From sequence record NC_048779.1: a stretch of DNA of 64,000 bases. One strand, given 5' to 3'. Made by a program: the position numbers and the translations under genes. This document shows positions 55,097-63,356 of the stretch, piece after piece. A model generated the notes under the pieces. The model saw only the letters and a program-made list of their open reading frames with translations. It searched no databases and was not told the origin of the DNA. How positions within the stretch are numbered: the stretch's first letter is position 1; every line of letters starts with the position of its first letter.

Positions 55097-57082
55097 CTAG
55101 TTAGCGGCGTTTGTGAAGAAACACTCCATTGCTGTCGCCTGACGCTCTTTAACAGAAAACGTTGAAGGGGATTCAATTACTTTGTTTTGACCCTGATAGA
55201 TGATCAAAGAACCAAAGCCACGATTCTCGATAGCGTTCTTAAACGGTATAAAGTAACGTGGTTCATCCCCCACTGGCAACCTATACAATCCCTCGCTAGG
55301 TGCCACGGCAGTTGTACTGTGTAAGAGCGTTTCTATGTGTACCATGTTAATGTTTTTGAACTTACGGTTAATCAGTAACCAGAAATCCGTCATCACTTGC
55401 CCAAAGAACTCTGGAGTGACTTGTGTGTCACGCCACGCTTTATTACGACGAGATAGTGCTAAGAACGATTCGATCTCACTACGGTATTTATCCAAATCCT
55501 CATACACATAAGGTAGACATAATAGCGGGTAATCGGTATCGAAATCTTTAATGTCAATTTCGATGTATTTCTTAGTTTTCTCCCAACCATGAAGCATGGT
55601 GTACTCGATAAACTCTTTAGACATCCGAGCTTGTCGAGAACTCACTTGAGTATCTAAGTGGACGGTAGTGTTGGTTTTGGTTCCCGGTAACATTGGGTCT
55701 TCCATTTCATACGTTAAGGTTAACGTCGGGAAGCACGTCAACTGATCGTCTTGCACTTCATCTAAGTTTTCCATAGAACGTAAGTCGGTCAATTCACTGA
55801 TCATCGAAACCGGAAGTTGGATACGGGTTCCGGATTTAACCATCTCTGGTTTGAGGAATATATCGTCACCGTTAGTTGTAATATATTCTTCATCACCAGT
55901 CATGACCGTAAATGGTACTGCTTGCACGTGTCGCATAAAGTGCTTAGTTGATAGCATCCCCTGTCCAATCGGTTCTGCTATCGCGGTACCACTCAACATA
56001 CCCGGGTTAGCGGATTTACGCATGATGACGTTGTAAGGTACAGACATTCGCATTTGACCATAACAAACCGCACAAGGTGCTTTCTCGTTACGACAAAACT
56101 GCATAGAACGTAAGTGTATGGTTTCCCCTACCTTTAACTTCTTAACTTCATCTCGGGTAATCAGTCGAAGGTTACCGTTCTCATCATGGTAATATTTACC
56201 TTGCAGTGAGTTAATTAGATCTTTCGATTTAAGAGCCACCGGTACTACCGTGGTAGTCCCACAATCATGGTAGTGATCGATGTCTTTCACTGGGCTGGCG
56301 GTTAAGTGTAGTTTACGGTGGAACCACTCCGAGTCTTCCAGAGCTTTACCGTTAGATACCAACGCTTTACCGGCTGAACGAGATTCAGCTAGTACGTCAG
56401 CTAGGTTAGTGATGCCTTCAGCAAAGGAAGGTTCGATAGGGTTCGGCATGATACGGTTATTTAGATCGAAACACGCACCACGAGAAATAAAGGTTTGGAA
56501 ACCTTGGTTAATGGAAACCGCACCAGTACGAGCCTGCATAATGAAGGTAGAGAAGTCCAACGTTGGTTCACGAAGTACCGTTTGTTTAAACTCCTCTTCT
56601 GCTTCATCGTAGGTGATATCACCACGACGCAGACGTTCTCGGATATCCGCAATCATTGGATGATTGAAAACTTCCATAACGTCTTCTGCGGTCGCTGAGA
56701 TCACACCCGGGGAACCTAGGTAAACCAGAATGTTGTTGATCTTGAAATGCCAGATGTAAACAATCTGTTTTATGAAGTCGGCTTCAACTGGATCCCCGAC
56801 ATGGGAGATGAGGATATCCAACATGTATTGCAGAGGTCGTTGTAACGTCTGATCGTTATAGACTTTACAATGGATGATCTCCTTAATCGTGTACGGAATT
56901 TTAAGATGTTCGTAACGACGGTGGAGTTCTAATCCATACCAAGTCATGATAAGGTCATAAGTATTACTAACTAACTCCTTACCTTCATCATCGATGACTT
57001 TGACCTTGATTAAATCTTTACGCCATCCGATAACTTCTTTTTCCGATAAATTAGCGAATTCACGAAGTGAGATCGTTTTCAT
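55097..57082 (-). CDS. rpoC: nvRNAP beta' subunit, C-terminal part (phiKZ gp74-like)
   Basis: SRSAGKALVSNG...EWFHRKL bridge helix, HDCGT, LRSMQFC...PCAVCYG Zn site and AIAEPIGQGMLSTKH trigger loop (cf. QSIGEPGTQLTMRTFH). Confidence 0.85.
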   Translation of the reverse strand: MKTISLREFANLSEKEVIGWRKDLIKVKVIDDEGKELVSNTYDLIMTWYGLELHRRYEHLKIPYTIKEIIHCKVYNDQTLQRPLQYMLDILISHVGDPVEADFIKQIVYIWHFKINNILVYLGSPGVISATAEDVMEVFNHPMIADIRERLRRGDITYDEAEEEFKQTVLREPTLDFSTFIMQARTGAVSINQGFQTFISRGACFDLNNRIMPNPIEPSFAEGITNLADVLAESRSAGKALVSNGKALEDSEWFHRKLHLTASPVKDIDHYHDCGTTTVVPVALKSKDLINSLQGKYYHDENGNLRLITRDEVKKLKVGETIHLRSMQFCRNEKAPCAVCYGQMRMSVPYNVIMRKSANPGMLSGTAIAEPIGQGMLSTKHFMRHVQAVPFTVMTGDEEYITTNGDDIFLKPEMVKSGTRIQLPVSMISELTDLRSMENLDEVQDDQLTCFPTLTLTYEMEDPMLPGTKTNTTVHLDTQVSSRQARMSKEFIEYTMLHGWEKTKKYIEIDIKDFDTDYPLLCLPYVYEDLDKYRSEIESFLALSRRNKAWRDTQVTPEFFGQVMTDFWLLINRKFKNINMVHIETLLHSTTAVAPSEGLYRLPVGDEPRYFIPFKNAIENRGFGSLIIYQGQNKVIESPSTFSVKERQATAMECFFTNAAN

Positions 57083-59162
57083 TTTCAGTCCTTAGTTCAT
57101 ATCCAGCGTCTGTTAACATATTCATTGTGAGTTGTAGTGCACGGTTAGTACGGTACTCTTCACGTTTCACTAACTCAGGTACCGCAAATGGGTCATCAGC
57201 ACGGATGATGCGCTTAATCCCCATTCTAGCCGCTTCCGGTGAGTTAGCCAAAGTTAACATACGAGCAGTTTCTTCACCACCTTCGTGAGAGATAGCAATG
57301 CGGGCTTCAGTTTCACCAGTGTTGCGGTCCACTTTACTACGGTAGTGTTTGTTGTACTTATCATTAGCGTTCAGTTTAGCCGGCAGACCATATAGGTTAC
57401 GCTTAGGGAATGACTCTGAAGACATTTCCGTACCAAACTTATCCAGCAACAAATAATGCATGGAGCTAATAATTACTGGCTCCAGTGTTTTCTCACGTTG
57501 ACCTAAGTCATTAGTGAAAGTAACTGGAGTAGGTTTCCATTGACCGTAACGTTCAGAAAGACGACGAATGACTTCCACACCCACGATCTCTGAATCACTA
57601 CGACGTTGGATAGAAATCATACCTTCTTTCTTAATGTAATCAACGTGATCGAACTTAAAGTTAGGATCACCCTTACCAACCGTTTCTACAATACGGAAGA
57701 ACTCAGGTGATGTGACTTCGTAGAAATCCAGCAACGATTGATACGCTTTATCATAATCTCCTGATTCACGATATTTCATAACTTCATCGTAAACGTTCAG
57801 GTTGATAAAGTTGATCGAAGCTTCCATCAAAGACGCATAGATCTGGCGACGGAACGCCGGTGTGTTGTTAACGATGATCTCTGGGGAACGACCGTACTCA
57901 TCAACAGGGGCATCTTCTTTCTTAAAGACTTTAACGATTACCCCTTTACCACCATTCAAGTCAGACAGCTTGAAACGGACTTTACCCGCTACGTCTTCTT
58001 TTAGGGTGACTTTAACGTTCCAGTCCAACAAAGACTTGTTACGGTGTGTACGTTTGGTGAAGTTTGGTTTATTGAGAGCGTAGTCCTTGGTGACATTACC
58101 AAACGACTGATAAATAAACGCAAGCAGTTCATTAGAGAACGGTAACGTTTCATCTGAACCAAATTTCTTGATCTGATGAATGTACCACATCTTTAATGTA
58201 TACCACATGTTGTTATCTTCAGTCTCATACATCTCCAACAGTTTGGTATGAGCATAACTTGGTTTCTCAACTCGTCGGTTGTTAGAACGGTCTTTAAGTC
58301 GCTCTGAACGCACTTCGATGTTCTTAACAATAGAGTGAGGTGGTGCATAGAACTTCACGTCATAGAGCAAGTCAGGCTTCATCAACGCCTTCTTAGTAAG
58401 AGACGCTAGTCCAGAATTACCATCTCTTCGACGGAACGCCATCACCAGCCCGTCGTCACGAACACGCTCCCCGTTCTCAGGGAATGCCTTAGGGTTATCC
58501 AATGTACCATAAAGGTTAACTGGGATATACTCTGCTTCATTCCAACTGAACTTACGTACGTGTTCAAACATCACCATCAAACGGTCTAGGTAATCATCAC
58601 GGACCATGATGCCGTCTTCTTCGGTAGACGGTAAGGTCATACCGGCTACCATGGTCTCTAGTCCGAACTTCCATTCCCCTGTATCATCTATACCCGGGGA
58701 CTTAGCAAAGATTTCTCCTTTAGCGTAGGTCGCCCCTTTACGTAAACGATTCAACATTTGTTTATCGTAGTCGTATTCAAAACCCACATAGAAGTTATGC
58801 GTATGATATTTAGGTAGATGTAGTACATCGTATCGTTGTAGATCTGCATCGAAGTATACGACGTGTATCTCACCCCAATCATCGGTACGCGCATCTTGAG
58901 ATTTGATGGACTTACGGTAAATGACCAGTTCTACTTCCATGTTGCTTGGCGCAACAATCTTACGAGCATGATCACCGTACTGACGCTCAAAGCCAGAAGT
59001 GATACGACGTTTGGTAATGCCTTTTGCACGACATGATTTCGGAATCATGTTACCAGACATGTACTTACGTCCAGATGCTGCATTGTGTGGATTTGCAGCG
59101 AGGTTGATCGCGATGGACGTCACCTCTGGTAAAATTTGGTTATCGATTTTATAGACTTTCAT
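57060..59162 (-). CDS. rpoB: nvRNAP beta subunit, C-terminal part (phiKZ gp71/73-like), uninterrupted
   Basis: NNASGRKYMSGNMI (cf. R.LMGSNMQ), EEDGIMV, KLSDLNGGKGVI (cf. GDK...HGNKGV), PEIIVN and RNTGETE (cf. RFGEME). Confidence 0.85.
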   Translation of the reverse strand: MKVYKIDNQILPEVTSIAINLAANPHNAASGRKYMSGNMIPKSCRAKGITKRRITSGFERQYGDHARKIVAPSNMEVELVIYRKSIKSQDARTDDWGEIHVVYFDADLQRYDVLHLPKYHTHNFYVGFEYDYDKQMLNRLRKGATYAKGEIFAKSPGIDDTGEWKFGLETMVAGMTLPSTEEDGIMVRDDYLDRLMVMFEHVRKFSWNEAEYIPVNLYGTLDNPKAFPENGERVRDDGLVMAFRRRDGNSGLASLTKKALMKPDLLYDVKFYAPPHSIVKNIEVRSERLKDRSNNRRVEKPSYAHTKLLEMYETEDNNMWYTLKMWYIHQIKKFGSDETLPFSNELLAFIYQSFGNVTKDYALNKPNFTKRTHRNKSLLDWNVKVTLKEDVAGKVRFKLSDLNGGKGVIVKVFKKEDAPVDEYGRSPEIIVNNTPAFRRQIYASLMEASINFINLNVYDEVMKYRESGDYDKAYQSLLDFYEVTSPEFFRIVETVGKGDPNFKFDHVDYIKKEGMISIQRRSDSEIVGVEVIRRLSERYGQWKPTPVTFTNDLGQREKTLEPVIISSMHYLLLDKFGTEMSSESFPKRNLYGLPAKLNANDKYNKHYRSKVDRNTGETEARIAISHEGGEETARMLTLANSPEAARMGIKRIIRADDPFAVPELVKREEYRTNRALQLTMNMLTDAGYELRTENENDLTS

Positions 59163-59202
59163 TGGATTACCTTTGATGTTACTTAGGTTGGTTCACACTT
59201 AG

Positions 59203-59219
59203 ATAATATAGACCTGTTT
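59203..59219 (-). promoter_or_regulatory. Putative early promoter AAACA-GGTCT-ATATTAT for the nvRNAP operon
   Basis: Motif about 40 nt upstream of ATG 59162; overlaps the inverted repeat agacct/aggtct (59210-59231). Confidence 0.5.
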
Positions 59220-59257
59220 TATATTAGGTCTTTGCTCACTCATTCAAAAGGTTAGTT

Positions 59258-59578
59258 ATGGCGATTGAACTACCCCCGACTATGGATCAGTTTTTTACTG
59301 ACGAATATAAAACCATGATCCGTTCTAATAAGGAGTATTTACTTTCTGTCGCTGGTAAGTACCCGATACAAGACTTAAGCTTTCTACACGCTCATCGTTA
59401 TGATTTTTACCGTGTGCTATGGGAAAGCTTTAATGTACCTCAACACCTGCACTGGACTGTGGCGTTTTTAAATGACGTTGAAAATCCTTCACAGTACATA
59501 GGAGATATGAAAGAGGTACTAATAATTGAACCGGCAGTTATTAATAAGTTAGTACAACGCATGAACCTTAAACGTTAA
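59258..59578 (+). CDS. Small protein with a LysM/T4 gp53-like motif (phiKZ gp70 position)
   Basis: HRYDFYRVLWESFNVPQHLHWTVAFLNDVENP resembles R.D.I...YG...WW.I...N...P. Confidence 0.5.
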   Translation: MAIELPPTMDQFFTDEYKTMIRSNKEYLLSVAGKYPIQDLSFLHAHRYDFYRVLWESFNVPQHLHWTVAFLNDVENPSQYIGDMKEVLIIEPAVINKLVQRMNLKR

Positions 59579-59593
59579 AAATAAATAGACTTT

Positions 59594-59625
59594 CGTACCC
59601 ACCTCCCTAACAGGAGGTGGGTACG
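59594..59625. terminator. Bidirectional terminator
   Basis: 13-bp stem cgtacccacctcc/ggaggtgggtacg between convergent genes. Confidence 0.85.
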
Positions 59626-59630
59626 GATTA

Positions 59631-60257
59631 TTAAGGCAATAGTATTTCTTTATCTAAGTCAAAGGTGATGAACTCTTGCTCTAGTTTAGTATTGTAACCA
59701 AAGCGAGGGTACATGCGCAATGAAACTTTAGGGTCTTTAATCCATTTCTCCACTAACTCGGCTTTATCGCCTTCGGAGATGAAAGTCACATGTATCCCAG
59801 AGCGACCTAAACGAATATCGATAACACGACAACCAATGCGGGCTTCTCTGTTATTGAAATGCGCAACAATGAGTTGCTTATAGCCTTTAACACCGTTCGC
59901 TGTAGCTTGGTATTTTTCTTTATCGATAGGCGGGCGAGCTCCAACCTCACAAAGCATGCCTTCAGGAGATTCGATTCTCGCTTTAACATTTTTAATGATG
60001 TCGTCCAGTGTAACCTCTTCCAATTTACTGAACTCGTTTGAGAACAGCCCGTAAACTGTCCAACCTTTGGTTGGGTCTTCTTTGTCCACTAAAGCCGGAC
60101 GTAGGATATCGATCGAACCACCATTTGGCTTTGGTGGGTTTTTCTCTAAGATCTCAGTAACGTCAAAGGAATCTTCTTCCATGAGTTTAAGTTGATATGC
60201 TTCTAGGTCCTTTGGATCTAGGGCTTGGACTTCAGCCGAGCTTAAGCGCTTTAACAT
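59631..60257 (-). CDS. Putative inactive paralog of the prohead protease (T4 gp21/phiKZ gp175 fold)
   Basis: Motif order ILRP..GW..GLF.N / ARIE..G.LCEVGARPP / IGCRVIDIRL / KDP..SLRMYPR / ITFDL parallels the protease motifs, but the catalytic His and Ser are absent. Confidence 0.5.
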   Translation of the reverse strand: MLKRLSSAEVQALDPKDLEAYQLKLMEEDSFDVTEILEKNPPKPNGGSIDILRPALVDKEDPTKGWTVYGLFSNEFSKLEEVTLDDIIKNVKARIESPEGMLCEVGARPPIDKEKYQATANGVKGYKQLIVAHFNNREARIGCRVIDIRLGRSGIHVTFISEGDKAELVEKWIKDPKVSLRMYPRFGYNTKLEQEFITFDLDKEILLP

Positions 60258-60293
60258 GTGGTTTCTCCGAAAAGTTAATGAATAAAAAGTAAT

Positions 60294-60317
60294 CCCGGGA
60301 ACCCGTAGGTCCCCGGG
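60294..60317 (-). terminator. GC-rich hairpin after the PicA-like gene
   Basis: Minus strand reads cccggggacc-tacg-ggttcccggg then attacttttt. Confidence 0.6.
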
Positions 60318-60323
60318 GTGTGA

Positions 60324-61739
60324 TTACCAAGTGGTCGCCGGTTCAGTGATTGGTTGACTTGGGGTGACGTGGTTGTAAGATAAAGGTTGCTCTTGGATAG
60401 CAGGGTTCATTCCGCCAGCCATGATAGCAGCCATTTGTGCTTGGTTCATGTTGTAACCATAAGGTAACATGTTGTTCATCATACCCATACCCGGCATCAT
60501 TGACGACTCACGGCTCAAGAAGTTACCTTGGCGAGTGTAACGAATTTGTACCGGACCAGATGGTGATTGGACTGTGTGAATGAACTGACCAGTATTAGGG
60601 TCTTGAGAAACACCTACCCACGTTTCACCCGGTGCTAGGGATGCGCGAACCAAAGACGCGTAACCGTCGTTTGCTGACGCCGTTTGAACTTCCGTTGTGG
60701 TACCACCACCAACATGGTTAGTTGGTAGCACATTCTCAATACCCGTTGATTGATGAGAAGACTGACTCATTAAGTTAGTCACCATTTGTTGCGTTTGAAC
60801 TTCAGCACGAGCGCTTTCAGAACCGCTAGACTGAGAGTTGTAAGGCATAGGTGGGACTTGCTTATAGATGACGTCAATGTCTTCCAACATCGTGGTGAAC
60901 GAGGTATCGATTTCGTAAACACCCACTTTGTCGAAGTCTGCACGGAACGTGTTTTGGAGGTTGTTCATATCACCGATGACTGAGGCATATGTATTCACCA
61001 ATACCGTGAAGCGTGCTGCTTCTGCTGAAGTTTGCTCTTGCTCGTAAGCCAATGGATCTTCAACACCCGGCAATACGAAACGGAAGATTTCTTCAGCTAC
61101 CACCAACGCACCACGAGAAAACTCACGACCCAAGATTTTAACCTGCTTATTCGCTGCTTCGCCTTCAGTGCGAGTTAGACGACGTACAAGTTCGTTGTAG
61201 AACGGGAAGGTTGGTTTACAGCTGTAGTAGATTTTGTCACCAGTGAGTTTACTGCGACCACCACGTTTGATATCAAAGTGGATGAAACGACGATCTAGGT
61301 TATCGTCTTCCAGCTCTACTGCCATGTGGTCAAGTAATCCTGCGACTTCTTTACGATGTCCCGCTTTAGCCGTCTTGATTACTTCAATGTGTTCCAAGAG
61401 GTCATTACGCAAGCCACGTTTGGCTTTCTTATTTGCAATGTCAAACAAGACGGGTGCAAACTTCTTGAAGTGTGTCAGTAGTTGCAGACCGACTAGTTTA
61501 CGGATGATGCGGAAAATCTCAGTCTCTTTAGAGATGATGGATTCACAAGCTGGATGGAAGAACACGATGTCGGTCGTGTCTTGTTCTAGCGCTTCATTAA
61601 ACGGTAGGTAAACTGACATCCCGTCCAATGTGATCGGGTATTTGTTACCGTCCAGTTCCAACTCAAGCTTACCCATGTCATTATGAGTAGCGTTCCAAGT
61701 ACGTGTAATAGCAACGTACAATTTATTCAGTTCGTTCAT
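60324..61739 (-). CDS. picA: PicA/Imp1-like phage-nucleus protein importer (phiKZ gp69-like)
   Basis: Sits immediately after the gp68-like gene and before the gp70/gp71-like genes. N-terminal VYLP...FFHPACESIISKETEIF matches my recollection of the gp69 FHPL.E...ES motif. Low-complexity C-tail. Confidence 0.6.
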   Translation of the reverse strand: MNELNKLYVAITRTWNATHNDMGKLELELDGNKYPITLDGMSVYLPFNEALEQDTTDIVFFHPACESIISKETEIFRIIRKLVGLQLLTHFKKFAPVLFDIANKKAKRGLRNDLLEHIEVIKTAKAGHRKEVAGLLDHMAVELEDDNLDRRFIHFDIKRGGRSKLTGDKIYYSCKPTFPFYNELVRRLTRTEGEAANKQVKILGREFSRGALVVAEEIFRFVLPGVEDPLAYEQEQTSAEAARFTVLVNTYASVIGDMNNLQNTFRADFDKVGVYEIDTSFTTMLEDIDVIYKQVPPMPYNSQSSGSESARAEVQTQQMVTNLMSQSSHQSTGIENVLPTNHVGGGTTTEVQTASANDGYASLVRASLAPGETWVGVSQDPNTGQFIHTVQSPSGPVQIRYTRQGNFLSRESSMMPGMGMMNNMLPYGYNMNQAQMAAIMAGGMNPAIQEQPLSYNHVTPSQPITEPATTW

Positions 61740-61824
61740 CAGGAAATTTCCTTGTTATATTGATCAATAGTGATGGGTTAACTCTGCAAGAAAGACGTGC
61801 ACTTCCCTCTTGCAGAGACGGGGA

Positions 61825-63306
61825 TTAGAAGTTCATGTATTCTTTTAGGTTGTTGTAGAACGCACCCACAGATTGGTTCAGACCTTGTGAGGTAACCAGA
61901 GATGGGTCAAAACGGTTACCCGCCATAGTACCGAACGTTTCTTTATGTGGGTTCTCACGATTACCGTGTAGTGTTACCGTGATAGTAGATTCGCCAAACA
62001 ACGATAGGTTAGCTTCGAAATCCACAATCATACGGTCGTGAATCATTTCTGCGTTGTACTTAGTGTAGAATTGTGCAAGCAGTGTTTCAGTTGCTTGTGT
62101 CGCCAAGTATTGCCAATCAGGGTCTTTATCCACCATAGGTGCAGACTCACCCATTTGATATAATACAGGTAGACCGTTGATGACAATTTGACCCATGCCT
62201 TGTTGCACATCATTGGTTGCACGAATGCTCAGATAAGATAGTCGATGACCATCCAGAATGGCATTGGCGATGTTGTTAAGCTCAGAACACACCAGTGTTT
62301 CGAATGTAGAACCGCCCATAGCGTTAGAACTATAACGATGGTCAGCAACATCAAAACTACTCACGTCTGTTAGTTGGGCGTTGGTCACTTGGTAGAAGTT
62401 CTCAAATACCGTTGCGATCTCACTCATACTAAATCCAACGAAGTTAGCCATGTTCACATAACCAAGTTCACGACGCATTACACGGATAAACGGGTTATCT
62501 TCCAATGACACTTCACGGATACTGCTAAGACCAGTCGCCATGGAAATAGCTTCATAGCGGTCTTGACGCTTCTCGTTCTCAAACGACGCCGTTGCTGCTG
62601 CCGTTAAGATTTTGTTTGCGTAATCCACCGTGGATTGGTTATTAGACTTGGAGATGTTCATACCCGCAGTTTGTAACATACCGGTACTTGAACCACCAAA
62701 GCCGTCTAACATACCCGAAGGTTGTTCGTCATCGTCAAAGGCTGCAAAGGCTGATGCAGAGTTGATCACGTCTACCGGACGGATAGTGTGTAGTCCGTTA
62801 TTAGGATTACCCATTGAGTTAGGGTCGTTCAACAAGTAAGTACCTGATTGTGACATCATACGACTTTCTTGTGGAAACCCGGTATGGTCGGTAGCTACAG
62901 CGGTTTCCACCATCCACATGCGGACAGGGACAAACATCGCGTCAGCTGGTAACGCACCACCGGTGTCAGCCGGTGAACCCCCATACATGTAACCGTATAC
63001 TGTCAAGGTTTGCGCTTGCACCGGTGAAGCACCGTTGATAGCGAATTCAAAACTTGCTAGACCACGGGATGTTTGCCAGCCATCCTCGATGCCCGCTACA
63101 CCGGACGCTTGAGTCGCAACGCCACCAGAACGAGCTGCGATGTTGTTCATTTCCGATGGAGCCACTAATGAAGTATTACCTAGACGAGCACCAAGTAATT
63201 GGTTGGTGTCATCACCAGATAGGTTTAAAGAGTGCGCACGCATGTAGTGGTCGTGGTATTGGCTAGATAGACCGATAGTAGCGCGGATAAGTGCTAGTTG
63301 TGCCAT
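61825..63306 (-). CDS. nvRNAP promoter-specificity subunit (phiKZ gp68-like)
   Basis: 493 aa in the conserved position upstream of gp69/gp71/gp74/gp75; TIRPVDV motif; size close to gp68. Confidence 0.6.
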   Translation of the reverse strand: MAQLALIRATIGLSSQYHDHYMRAHSLNLSGDDTNQLLGARLGNTSLVAPSEMNNIAARSGGVATQASGVAGIEDGWQTSRGLASFEFAINGASPVQAQTLTVYGYMYGGSPADTGGALPADAMFVPVRMWMVETAVATDHTGFPQESRMMSQSGTYLLNDPNSMGNPNNGLHTIRPVDVINSASAFAAFDDDEQPSGMLDGFGGSSTGMLQTAGMNISKSNNQSTVDYANKILTAAATASFENEKRQDRYEAISMATGLSSIREVSLEDNPFIRVMRRELGYVNMANFVGFSMSEIATVFENFYQVTNAQLTDVSSFDVADHRYSSNAMGGSTFETLVCSELNNIANAILDGHRLSYLSIRATNDVQQGMGQIVINGLPVLYQMGESAPMVDKDPDWQYLATQATETLLAQFYTKYNAEMIHDRMIVDFEANLSLFGESTITVTLHGNRENPHKETFGTMAGNRFDPSLVTSQGLNQSVGAFYNNLKEYMNF

Positions 63307-63356
63307 GGTTGGGTTTCCTTAATTTCGTTTTAAACGTTAATGATAAATACAAACTC

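Noticed and set aside
2399-59625. Shared stem and loop sequences among terminators (ctctcctgc stems; cgttaa/ccgtaa loops) as a possible mobile miniature repeat
   Set aside because: Similarity is limited to short purine/pyrimidine-biased stems, with no target duplications or common flanks; ordinary terminator convergence is sufficient.
163-63266. Dozens of short opposite-strand or alternative-frame ORFs in the track (e.g. 163..369, 1945..2319, 6989..7321, 20874..21257, 53835..54272)
   Set aside because: They lie wholly inside longer genes with recognisable motifs, lack SD sites, and have Ser/Leu/Phe-rich shadow composition expected from the codon bias of the real strand.
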